Assembly (NCBI GenBank): GCA_030950485.1
Contig: JAUZRK010000018.1
Span: 1-52,687, forward strand
Origin: Candidatus Dojkabacteria bacterium
GTDB lineage: Bacteria > Patescibacteriota > Dojkabacteria > J137
Direction of reading: 5' to 3'
Length of the DNA stretch: 52,687 nt
Below the pieces are notes generated by a model, which saw only the letters and a program-made list of their open reading frames with translations, had not been told where the DNA came from and did not search any database. A program made the translations under genes and the position numbers. Below are positions 18,279 through 27,389 of the stretch, piece after piece. Within the stretch, counting starts at the first letter, position 1; every line of letters starts with the position of its first letter.

Positions 18279-18767
18279 TCAGAAAATGAGCATAGTCAGT
18301 AAAACTAACTTTGCCCAAGTTGACAAGACGGCAATTAATGCCCATACCATCATCCACCTCCTAATTCGAGGATGATAGTTAAACAGAAAACGACCTCCAG
18401 GGTCGGTTCCTATTCTGTGGCGTTGCCACCTGTTTAGCTCGCTCCAGGTTGCCTCCCTAGGGAAGACCCTGAATCGGCTAACTGTCTGTAACGACAGTAA
18501 ATCAACTAGACTTATAAGTGCTAAAAGTAGCCACTTATTTTCTATGATTTCTAAGAAGTTTAATGTATCAACTTCTTTATTTAAGTAAAACAGAGCTATT
18601 GGAAAAATTATTATTCCAAGTGTAGATCCAATAAATACGCAAAACATCCAGCTGTTAAGGATGAATTCGCTGACTCCAAACAGACCGATTATCAGAAAAA
18701 CGAAACTTAGAATTGAGATACCTAAAATAACTAAACTCAACTTCTTATTCCTTTCAATAGTAAACAA
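18279..18767 (-). CDS. Small membrane protein with a GC-rich Arg/Trp-rich internal segment
   Basis: 162 aa (TTG start) with TM helices at both ends. The central approx 18340-18500 is far more GC-rich than its surroundings and encodes RFRVFPREATWSELNRWQRHRIGTDPGGRFLFNYHPRIRRW. Confidence 0.5.
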   Translation of the reverse strand: MFTIERNKKLSLVILGISILSFVFLIIGLFGVSEFILNSWMFCVFIGSTLGIIIFPIALFYLNKEVDTLNFLEIIENKWLLLALISLVDLLSLQTVSRFRVFPREATWSELNRWQRHRIGTDPGGRFLFNYHPRIRRWMMVWALIAVLSTWAKLVLLTMLIF

Positions 18768-18972
18768 AATCGAGAAATTTAACTGACTAAGACTTAATCA
18801 TCTAAATTTCCCGATCTTGTTTGACTAATCAAAAGAAAGACAAACTTCTCTCTTTTCAAAGTGCTAGCTTATCGCTAAGCTTAAGATATACCTTATAGTA
18901 AATAAATACATATATTAGGCATATACTAATTATAGCAGAATAAGGTGCTTTTGTCACTGATTAATAGTGACG

Positions 18973-21855
18973 TTATACTTGTGTGATAAGAGATATAGTT
19001 AGAGGATTAACTTTAGATTGATCACCATTTGATACTACTCCACCTATTTTGAATACTAGCGGTCGACTGTTTGCTGGAGCAGCTGCTGGTGATAAGATTG
19101 GAGGAGCATCAGTGAATAGAAACTTCTGAGCTGTTGTACTATATCTTCCCATTAAACCAACAACATCATTCCAATTATTGGCTCTAAATACAAGATCTAC
19201 TTTAATAGCAAAACTTTGCCCATTTACAGTAGGATAAGGATCTTGAGGTGTAGGGTCAGCTCCAGTCATACCTCTATTAGCTACAAGTAAATGTACTGAT
19301 GGACTAGAAGTTCTTGGATCTAATGTTCCAACTGCATTTACATTCTGAGGGTTAACACCTCCTGATGCAAAGTCAAATGCTTGTCCTGTACCCGGTGGAT
19401 TTATGTTTGTAGGAATACCTGGGTATAACTCAATTTCTGAATTAATACCTGCATATGGCCCCCCAAATCCATTTGCAGTTCTTCTAAATACTGTAGCTGC
19501 ATTGTTAGTACCTCTACTTTTAGCTTCTGCTATAACAATGTCATTTTTACTTACAACTGATCCGAATGAATAATTCTCAGCTGTAAATGAAACTTTAAAC
19601 CCTTTAAGAAGTACTTCATTAGTAGCCATAGATCTAAGAGGCATAGCCCCACCAACGAAATCATCGGGGATTGCTCCAAATTGTCCTAGAATACCTAATA
19701 GATTATCTTGCGTTAAAGTAATAGTTCCTCCGCTAACACCTGGACCTTTGAATTCTACTTTTAGAGCTCGTGGTTTATCTGGATCTTGCGATCTAGAGTT
19801 AGTACCCTCTCCTCCTAAGTTAGACTCGGCAGCATTTACTACTCCAAGTAGTAAATTACCAGCAGTTCTTGCAGTTAATCTAGATACAGCTGCCCTCGCG
19901 TCACCTAAAACTGTTCCATCTCCCTGTGACTCTTTTGCTGCTCCAACAAACTGTCTAATCCCCCCCATTTGTTTTCTATATGCATTTGATAAGATTCCAT
20001 CTGCTCCATTTAATTTTCTACCAGTAAAGGCAACTGACGTACTATTAGCAAGTCCCCCTGCCTTATTAATACCTTGTTTTCCATAATCGATACTCTGCTT
20101 CGCTAAATTAACACTATCCTTCGCAGAATTAAATGCATTAGTAAAGAATTTCGGTACTTTTATCTGAGTACCTAATTCATCATCAATCTGCTGCAAAGTA
20201 ACTGGAATATTAAGATAAATAGCAACAGCCATAATAGCCATCATAAACCCATTAACACCAGCAAAAACATCATCCGAATAACCAGCAATTACACCTAACC
20301 CACTCATAGGAGGAATATAAACTGTACCCGCAGAAGCAGGAATAGCAGCGGCGAAAGATTCATTTGAAAGAATTATTGCTAGTAGGAATAATAAATAGGT
20401 TGTTATATAAATAATACTAGCAGACCACATCATCTTTAAGAAATCCATTATAGCCTTTGTACCATTACCAGGTACTGCTACCGTAGCCATAAAAAACGGC
20501 GAAAATATTGGGAAAATTACAAAGATAATATATTTTTCAATTAGCTTCTTGAATATTCTAAATGAAGTTATAAAGAGTAGTATTGTTATTAAGAAATTTA
20601 TAATTTGTGCAAACCAGAATGATACTACTTCTGAATCACTTGCACCAGTTCCAGCTGAAGTGCCTCCAAATCCACCAAAGAAATCAATAACTCTAGCTAA
20701 GATAACAAATACTGAAAACTGTAAAAATCCACTTAATGGTCCTCCATTAGTACTTATATTAGTAAGCGAATCATCCAAAGTTCCAGCTATGTTGACTTGG
20801 AATGCTGAATTGTACCAAACTAATCTGTCGTCATTAGCATATAAGCCTCTATCAATAGGATTTCCTGTAGAATCCTTAGGCACTTTACCCTTACAATTTT
20901 CAGCTCCTCCTGAATTTAGCTCAGCTACTGTAGCATCATTACTACGTAGAAAATAAATACTTTTATCACTTCGTTCCACGAATTTAGTCTCCAAATACCT
21001 AGTTTCAGCCTTACTACAATTTCTGAGATCATAAACTACTCTAGCAGGAGATCCATTTCCTACGAGAAATTCATGCGCAATATCAGTACCTGCTGTAACA
21101 ATATCAATAAAAACCGCAGAAATAGGATAACTTAAAGGGACTAGTATCATTGCCAGTGCAATATTTGGAATAGCACTTTGGATAGTAACTGAAGCTCCAC
21201 CGCTAAGTCTCGCTCTAAACATAATTGCGAAAGCAACTCCTACAATAAGGAAAATTAAAATTCCATAAACTACATTAACCGACCATCCCCAGAAAGCTTG
21301 AATAGGTTTAAGTAAAGAATAACCAGTACCTGGATAATATACACTTGGATCGTTTTGAGCATTTACACTTCCAAAATTACTTAACGCATAGACTTGTTGT
21401 TCAACATAGCTTCTTGAACTAGCAGGTCTTTGTTCTAGCAATTCAATTGTTAGATTTTGCATAGAAAGCACAAGTCCTCTATTTTGTGATTCTGGAAGAG
21501 TTCCATTTAAATATCCATATATATAGTTAACCGCTTTTGGGTCAGTAGCTAGTAGTTCAATATTACCGCAATCTTCAGGTGCTAAATCAGAATTTTGATT
21601 TGCCCCTTTAATTCCATCAATAAAATTAATAAATCCACCTTCACTAATTGATGACATAAAATCAGGTACTATACCAACGGCTTCTGATGAACGACAGTTC
21701 TCAAGTGTTGCTGAAACTTCAGGGTTAGTAAAATCCAGAAGAAAGCTTCTTCCAATTGATTTAGCAGATGTACTAGACAAAAAGAAAAACCCTATTACTG
21801 ATATAAAAACCAGTAGTAGCAAAGCTAATATTTTAACTCTTTTCCCTTTATACAT
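18973..21855 (-). CDS. 960-aa polytopic envelope protein (VirB6/TrbL-like topology, inferred)
   Basis: N-terminal signal/anchor MYKGKRVKILALLLLVFISVIGFFFL. An extracytoplasmic domain of about 170 aa. Two blocks of multiple TM helices (about aa 190-260 and 370-560). A Gly/Asn/Pro-rich soluble C-terminal region of about 400 aa. Confidence 0.7.
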   Translation of the reverse strand: MYKGKRVKILALLLLVFISVIGFFFLSSTSAKSIGRSFLLDFTNPEVSATLENCRSSEAVGIVPDFMSSISEGGFINFIDGIKGANQNSDLAPEDCGNIELLATDPKAVNYIYGYLNGTLPESQNRGLVLSMQNLTIELLEQRPASSRSYVEQQVYALSNFGSVNAQNDPSVYYPGTGYSLLKPIQAFWGWSVNVVYGILIFLIVGVAFAIMFRARLSGGASVTIQSAIPNIALAMILVPLSYPISAVFIDIVTAGTDIAHEFLVGNGSPARVVYDLRNCSKAETRYLETKFVERSDKSIYFLRSNDATVAELNSGGAENCKGKVPKDSTGNPIDRGLYANDDRLVWYNSAFQVNIAGTLDDSLTNISTNGGPLSGFLQFSVFVILARVIDFFGGFGGTSAGTGASDSEVVSFWFAQIINFLITILLFITSFRIFKKLIEKYIIFVIFPIFSPFFMATVAVPGNGTKAIMDFLKMMWSASIIYITTYLLFLLAIILSNESFAAAIPASAGTVYIPPMSGLGVIAGYSDDVFAGVNGFMMAIMAVAIYLNIPVTLQQIDDELGTQIKVPKFFTNAFNSAKDSVNLAKQSIDYGKQGINKAGGLANSTSVAFTGRKLNGADGILSNAYRKQMGGIRQFVGAAKESQGDGTVLGDARAAVSRLTARTAGNLLLGVVNAAESNLGGEGTNSRSQDPDKPRALKVEFKGPGVSGGTITLTQDNLLGILGQFGAIPDDFVGGAMPLRSMATNEVLLKGFKVSFTAENYSFGSVVSKNDIVIAEAKSRGTNNAATVFRRTANGFGGPYAGINSEIELYPGIPTNINPPGTGQAFDFASGGVNPQNVNAVGTLDPRTSSPSVHLLVANRGMTGADPTPQDPYPTVNGQSFAIKVDLVFRANNWNDVVGLMGRYSTTAQKFLFTDAPPILSPAAAPANSRPLVFKIGGVVSNGDQSKVNPLTISLITQV

Positions 21856-21910
21856 CTTTCTAGAAAGTATTTATAACTCAGTATAAGGAAAAAATTGGGA
21901 GATGACAATT

Positions 21911-21977
21911 AAAACGCAAAAGTAAAAATAGAAAGGCAAAAGTTCAAAGTCCAAAGGCAAAAAATAAAGCAAAACTA
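21911..21977. repeat. 7-nt-periodic A-rich intergenic tract
   Basis: acgcaaaag taaaaat agaaagg caaaagt tcaaagt ccaaagg caaaaaa taaagca: words of the form nnnAAAG recur every 7 nt. Confidence 0.6.
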
Positions 21978-22110
21978 AGTGCAGTATCGAGTGTTTTTCG
22001 AGAGGAGCGAGAAAAATGTATCGAGATGCGGGGAACGATAGAAGTAAAAACTAAAAACACATAGCACATTAATTAGGCTAATCACTAATCCCTTTACCCT
22101 ACGCCCTATT

Positions 22111-23286
22111 CTAAAGTCTTTTTATAGCGTCAACAAAGAAAGTGAAATTGGCTAATCCACCATTTTCTAACCTGGCTACTCCTTTAAAAACATAAATTGG
22201 ATATGTATAACCTGCCCAATCTTCTGGCTCCCAGTAAGCAAGCTCAGTTCTTGTAGCATCAACTCTAAATTCAGTTACAGCAACATTCGTGCTTAGATTC
22301 GCAAAATAATCTGTATTACTATCCTGGAAATATACTAAACTTCCATTACCTCTTTGTAAATTAGTTAATGCTTCATCTGGAGTAACTACTTCATATAAAG
22401 CAGGAGTACTATAATCAAAATCAACAAAATCAATTGAAAAAACATCACTTGGGTAATTTTTAAGTTGGTTGGAAACGATTAGATTTACCTGCCCCTCTCT
22501 TGGATCTGTAGAATATACCTTTCCAACTGTGTTTTCAGGGACTGTTTCTCTATAAGCTTCTGGTATTTCCTCTCTAACCCTTACTATCGATTGAGGTAAT
22601 TTTCTAAAAATACTAATGAATACAAAATCTGCTTCATTTACGGTTTCTGCTTCAAAAAAGATACCGTCTAAACCTAATACAGAATATCTAATTTCAGCTT
22701 GCCCACTAGATAGGCCTAATCCTGTAAATCCTAGTGAATTGAGCAATTCTTTTGCTTCAGACGCGTAGTAAGTTATATCACTAGATATTGATTTAAGACC
22801 AAGAGCTGCTGCGTTTTCATACCAATCTGTAGTCATCTCCCATTTTCTAGTCGAAGTATTAAAAGTAATTTGTTTTGTAGAGTTATCTTTTCCCCAAAGA
22901 TATTCTGTTGCTGGAATTAATTCAGTAAAATTATCAGGACTAAAGCCTAATATACTAATTGTATCTCTAGCGTTATCGAAAGTATCAAGTTTCTCTCTTG
23001 GTTTTTCTACTGCATAAACATACGCGGTATCTGGAAAAGCCAAGTGAAAATTTTGTCTTATAATAGGAGTAGACTTATTATATTGTAGACTAGGTATTTG
23101 GGGCACGCTAATTTCTCCATAAAGTCTATCTGCTGGTACCCAGTAAGAAAATTTTTCTTCTGCTACCGGTAATGCTTTTTCATTATAGCTACTCAATGTT
23201 TGGAAAATCATTAAGATAACTATTAATACAAGCAAAAAGACGAAAATCTTTCTGTTTCTATTTGTTTGATCGTATAAAGATGCCAA
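22111..23286 (-). CDS. Bitopic exported protein, function unknown
   Basis: 391 aa, TTG start, N-terminal anchor KIFVFLLVLIVILMIF, then a large mixed alpha/beta extracytoplasmic region. Co-oriented with the block. Confidence 0.6.
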   Translation of the reverse strand: MASLYDQTNRNRKIFVFLLVLIVILMIFQTLSSYNEKALPVAEEKFSYWVPADRLYGEISVPQIPSLQYNKSTPIIRQNFHLAFPDTAYVYAVEKPREKLDTFDNARDTISILGFSPDNFTELIPATEYLWGKDNSTKQITFNTSTRKWEMTTDWYENAAALGLKSISSDITYYASEAKELLNSLGFTGLGLSSGQAEIRYSVLGLDGIFFEAETVNEADFVFISIFRKLPQSIVRVREEIPEAYRETVPENTVGKVYSTDPREGQVNLIVSNQLKNYPSDVFSIDFVDFDYSTPALYEVVTPDEALTNLQRGNGSLVYFQDSNTDYFANLSTNVAVTEFRVDATRTELAYWEPEDWAGYTYPIYVFKGVARLENGGLANFTFFVDAIKRL

Positions 23287-23365
23287 GTTTTAATCGTAAC
23301 TTTATATATAATAGAGTAAAAAGTCGAAAGTTTAAAGATAACTATAACCTACAACCTAAAAACTA

Positions 23366-23866
23366 CTAAATACTTCCATCAGGAATAACATCAAGAACAT
23401 TAATACCAATAATTCTAAGTATAACCACACTGAAAACAAGTACAGCAAGTCCTGCTAAAGTCGCAAAGAATTTCTCTCTAGCCTCAACAATTTTAGCTTC
23501 TTGTCCTGATTGATACATTAATCCAGCTAAAATAAGTTGAATAAGAGCAACACCACCCATAACTCCAAAAGCAATTCTAATCATTCCAGTTACAAGACCC
23601 AGAGGTGTTACATCTAGACAACCAATAACAATCCAAATACCTCCTTGAATTATACAATTATTACAAAGCAAAAACTCTTGCTCTCCTGCTGCATCAAAAG
23701 CATTATTAGCTTTGCAAAGATCATATTTAGTACGGTCAACAAGCTCTGTACAACAACCATCATTAATATCCCCGGCAGCTTGTGGAGCTTGTATATTAGG
23801 CTGATTACCTCCACCGACTGGTTGATTTAAAACTACAAGATCTAAATTTCTTTGACCAATTATATT
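23366..23866 (-). CDS. Cys-rich VirB2/TrbC-like two-helix (pilin-like) domain, open in frame from the upstream gene's TAA
   Basis: DGCCTELVDRTKYDLCKANNAFDAAGEQEFLLCNNCIIQGGIW, then two hydrophobic helices (IRIAFGVMGGVALIQLILAGLMY / FFATLAGLAVLVFSVVILRIIG) separated by the polar loop QSGQEAKIVEAREK. The first start codon (TTG, 23671) falls after most of the Cys-rich region. The frame is open back to the TAA at 23867-23869. Ends TAG TAG. Confidence 0.55.
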   Translation of the reverse strand, partial: NIIGQRNLDLVVLNQPVGGGNQPNIQAPQAAGDINDGCCTELVDRTKYDLCKANNAFDAAGEQEFLLCNNCIIQGGIWIVIGCLDVTPLGLVTGMIRIAFGVMGGVALIQLILAGLMYQSGQEAKIVEAREKFFATLAGLAVLVFSVVILRIIGINVLDVIPDGSI

Positions 23867-24587
23867 TTATGTAGATCTATCGTAGGCTGCAATTGTTACA
23901 GTAGCCTCATCACTTATAAAACTATATGTTGCTGTAAAAGTCCCATCTGCATTTACGTCTACTATATCAAGATCGTTAAATGGGGCAACAAACATTCCTG
24001 AAATGGGATCTATTAGTCCAAATCTAATAACGTTTTGAAAAAGGCACCCTGAAATTGATACAATATAGCTGTTCTGGGCTGTAACTGTTGCGGCTCCAAA
24101 ACTTATTGTACTATTTCCTTGACAATTATCATTTACAGTAGCTGCATCTACTAAAGTAATTGTATTTTCACAAGTTTCCCTACTTCGATTAGTAGCTATA
24201 ATATTTACAGCTGAAAAGTCTACTACAGAAAATGGACTTGAATTACTAATTTCTATATTTAAGAAATCAAGCTGCTGCGCTAGAGGTATATTAACTTGAT
24301 TATTAATATCAAGATAATTTTCTAATGGTATTGGGCTTTTATTATTATCAAAATCTTCTTCATAATATTCTACTGCTGGATTAAATGGAGCGCTTAATGA
24401 TAAGGGTAATGTTAATCCATTCCCTCTTCTTACTAATTCAGCAGTAAACACTATTGGTGAACCTGCTGGTGTAATTGAACCCTCTGTTACATTAATTGAA
24501 AAAGAATTTGTTTGCGCATCTACTAAATACGAAAAATAGCGAATTAGTAATAACAATAGTTATTAAAAATATTATCTTAGACTTCAT
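23867..24587 (-). CDS. Secreted beta-rich protein; the signal peptide is in a different frame (frameshift at an A5/T5 run)
   Basis: The ATG at 24587 encodes MKSKIIFLITIVITNSLFF.., which stops after 31 codons. The main 229-aa frame begins ..YLVDAQTNSFSINV. Removing one T from the run at 24532-24536 joins them into a canonical signal peptide with a VDA/Q cleavage site. Confidence 0.6.
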
Positions 24588-24686
24588 CTTATATCTATTA
24601 ATATGTTTCTCTTAAACTATTCTATATTATTAATAATCACATTGCTAACCCATTGAAAGCTTAAAGATAAATATCTTGATTTGAAA

Positions 24687-25535
24687 TTACTGCCCATTTC
24701 GTGGAGCTGCATTTGGATTATTGTGAGGTAATCTTTTTAACTGAGGCATCTGTATTTGTTTAGGTATAGGTACATTAACGAAGTTATTATGTACTTGAGG
24801 AACTTGTTGATTTTGCAGAGGTTGTCCCGTTGGAATATTTACATTGATTGTTTGATGTATAGGTTGAACAGGTGCGCTTGGTAACTGATGTGAATTCATA
24901 GGTTGGATTGAAGGATATTGTCTTTGAACAACATTCACTCTTCTCTTTTTTTCTTCATTTTTATTACTTCTTTCAATAAGACTTTTAATAAATGAATCAG
25001 AAGTTATATCAAAAATTACTACAAGTATTAGAACTATTACTGTAGATAAATAGATTCTATCTTCTAAGAATGTTAAATTAGTAATATTTCTAGTCCATTG
25101 AGTTAAATTTATAATTAATTTTGAAAAGCTGTTTTGGTCGCTACTTACTAAAAATAGATTAAGAACTAAACGTATAAATATAACTCCTTCTACTATTTTA
25201 AAGAAAGTATCAATTACGTTTAATATTATCGTCGATGCTTTGTCATAAAGAAACGCAGTAACTATTTCTGATATTAAAATTCCTCCAATAACTATAAATA
25301 CTAAAGCTGCTAAGGCATCAGCATTTAAATCCTGAAAGTCGGATCCTTCGTCAATAACAAAAATGCCTTTAAAAGGTGTGATAAAAATGTCTGAGATTAC
25401 ATTTATAAGATTTACAAGAAAGTTTTCATCATTTGCATTAAATGTGTCAAGTGTAACTCGTAGAAATAGAAATACAGCTATAAAGCCAGCTATAGCTAAA
25501 ATGATTCCTCTAACTCTAATTCTAAAATCTCTCAT
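24687..25535 (-). CDS. YggT-like integral membrane protein (two YGGT-like repeats) with a Gln/Pro-rich tail
   Basis: FLFLRVTLDTFNANDENFLVNLINVISDIFITPFKGIF and VIFIRLVLNLFLVSSDQNSF resemble the YggT repeat. The C-terminal 90 or so aa are low-complexity Q/P/N-rich. Confidence 0.5.
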   Translation of the reverse strand: MRDFRIRVRGIILAIAGFIAVFLFLRVTLDTFNANDENFLVNLINVISDIFITPFKGIFVIDEGSDFQDLNADALAALVFIVIGGILISEIVTAFLYDKASTIILNVIDTFFKIVEGVIFIRLVLNLFLVSSDQNSFSKLIINLTQWTRNITNLTFLEDRIYLSTVIVLILVVIFDITSDSFIKSLIERSNKNEEKKRRVNVVQRQYPSIQPMNSHQLPSAPVQPIHQTINVNIPTGQPLQNQQVPQVHNNFVNVPIPKQIQMPQLKRLPHNNPNAAPRNGQ

Positions 25536-25605
25536 ATTAATAAGTTTGCTAAGTGAAGTATAACAAGAAATTACAAAACAATTAATAACTACGAAGCTCC
25601 TAATC

Positions 25606-27300
25606 TTACTTCTTACCTCTTATTTCTTTAAGCATCTGCTTACTTCTAAGCTTCCTATGGTAGGTTATTGCAAACCTATGCGCCTCATCACGAATTCTTT
25701 GAACTATATATAGAGCTTCACTTTTTCTAGGCATATGAATTTTTTTAAATTTAGCCGACTCATTTAGATCCAGAAACTCATCTGAGAATTGGTATGTAAT
25801 TTTGAAAATGTCTTCCTCTCTCTTTGCTAGACCTACTAATGGAATTATATTATGAAGTCCAAATTGGTATAAAATTTTATATGTAGATGCTAATTGTCCT
25901 TTCCCTCCATCTACTATTATAAGATCTGGAAGCCAGAAGAATGATTCATCAAAAGAGGTAGTAGGTTTTAGTGGGTAGGTTGTAAATAATGAATTAGAAG
26001 TTGATTTAGACGTTTTACTAGTCGCTAGACTCAAGTCTCTATTCTCAGTATTCCTTACTTCAGCTATTAAAAAATCCTTAACTTTTAAATAATCATCATA
26101 ACTATCAATTTCATAATCTAAATTTTGTAGCATTGCCTGTAGGTACTTTAATCTTCTTCTGAAAACCTCTTGAAGCATTCCAAAATCATTTGGTTCATTT
26201 TTCATCTTAATTCTAAATCTTCTATAAAGCTTTGGCTTCACCTCGCCGTCAACCATTACAGTCATTGATCCTACCGCATTAGTTCCTTGAATATTACTAA
26301 TATCGTAACACTCTATTCTAAAGTTCTTATGATTTTGTAAATATTCAGAAGGGAAATCAATATAATTAATTAGCTCATCAAGTCCTTTACTTTTTTTCTG
26401 TTTTTTCATTTGCTCTAAAAGTACATCGTCAGTATTTCCTCGAACTTTAATATCTGCAGAAATATATTTTATATCGTTTAACCGATCTCTTAATTTTGCA
26501 GCTGTCTCAAACTCTAATTTTTTTGCAGCATTTGTAATATCTCTTTCTAATTTTTTGACAACTGTTAATTTTTCTCCTTTGAAATATCTTCTAATTTCAT
26601 TAAATCTCTTATTATAATCTGTAACATTTTCTTTGCCGGAGCAAGCACCATTACATAGTCCTATATGGTAATAGAAACAAGGCTTGGGATCTGATGTTAC
26701 GACAACTTCTTTTTCATAGTCATAATAAACGTTTGTATTAGATGTTCTAAAGGGGAAGACTCGCCTTAGTTTTCTTAAGATTCTTTTAGCTGGCATACTA
26801 TCAGGGTATGGACCAAAGTACTCTGCACCATCATCTTTTAAATCTCTTACTATGTGAATTCTTGGAAAGTCTTGATGAATAGAATTTCTATTTGGGACAG
26901 GTTGATTTTTCTTTCTCTTTTTTTCAAATTTTACATAAATATAATTCTTCCCATCCCTCATCATAATGTTGTACTTAGTCTTGTACTTTTTTATCAGATT
27001 GGTCTCTAGTATTAATGCTTCTACTTCTGAGTCGACAGTTATAAACTCTATATCTTGAGCTTTTAGGATCATCTCTTGCTTATCAAGTTCAATTTTTGAA
27101 AAGTTTGTAAAATAGCTATTTACTCTATTTTTTAAAATCTTTGCTTTCCCAACATATAAAACTTTACCGTTTCCATCTTTATATAGATAACAACCTGGAA
27201 GTATTGGTGCGTCATTTATTTTATCTTGGAACTTTTTAGGTTTGTTTTTTAGAATTTTTTCTTTAGACATTCGCATTCGACTACTGTTAAATTGAACCAA
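25606..27300 (-). CDS. uvrC: Excinuclease ABC subunit C
   Basis: GIY-YIG domain (PGCYLYKDGNGKVLYVGKAKILKNRVNSYF...ALILETNLIKKYKTKYN), a UVR-like helix (FETAAKLRDRLNDIKY), and an endonuclease V-like domain (IECYDISNIQGT...IIVDGGKGQL...DEAHRFAITYHR). The likely ATG start is at 27276 or 27270. Confidence 0.9.
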   Translation of the reverse strand: MVQFNSSRMRMSKEKILKNKPKKFQDKINDAPILPGCYLYKDGNGKVLYVGKAKILKNRVNSYFTNFSKIELDKQEMILKAQDIEFITVDSEVEALILETNLIKKYKTKYNIMMRDGKNYIYVKFEKKRKKNQPVPNRNSIHQDFPRIHIVRDLKDDGAEYFGPYPDSMPAKRILRKLRRVFPFRTSNTNVYYDYEKEVVVTSDPKPCFYYHIGLCNGACSGKENVTDYNKRFNEIRRYFKGEKLTVVKKLERDITNAAKKLEFETAAKLRDRLNDIKYISADIKVRGNTDDVLLEQMKKQKKSKGLDELINYIDFPSEYLQNHKNFRIECYDISNIQGTNAVGSMTVMVDGEVKPKLYRRFRIKMKNEPNDFGMLQEVFRRRLKYLQAMLQNLDYEIDSYDDYLKVKDFLIAEVRNTENRDLSLATSKTSKSTSNSLFTTYPLKPTTSFDESFFWLPDLIIVDGGKGQLASTYKILYQFGLHNIIPLVGLAKREEDIFKITYQFSDEFLDLNESAKFKKIHMPRKSEALYIVQRIRDEAHRFAITYHRKLRSKQMLKEIRGKK

Positions 27301-27328
27301 ATTATTATATCATTCTATGAATACTCAA

Positions 27329-27380
27329 GAGTCAAAAGTCAAAGGTAAAAATTGATTTTTACTTTTTACTTTTAATTTTT
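27329..27380. repeat. 7-nt-periodic imperfect palindrome in the divergent uvrC/mraY promoter region
   Basis: agtcaaa agtcaaa ggtaaaa attgatt tttactt tttactt ttaattt. The left arm (gtcaaaag type) is roughly the reverse complement of the right arm (cttttac type). Confidence 0.6.
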
Positions 27381-27389
27381 GATCATTTT

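Noticed and set aside
18242-18279. Hairpin agtcattc/gaatgact followed by a T-run as the terminator of ORF 18279..18767
   Set aside because: The T-run is on the plus strand, so it is oriented against the minus-strand genes here. No credible plus-strand gene ends there. Left unassigned.
18380-18400. ACAGAAAAC motif reminiscent of the RNase P RNA conserved region
   Set aside because: It is an isolated 9-mer inside an ORF. None of the other universally conserved RNase P segments (such as GAGGAAAGUCC) is nearby.
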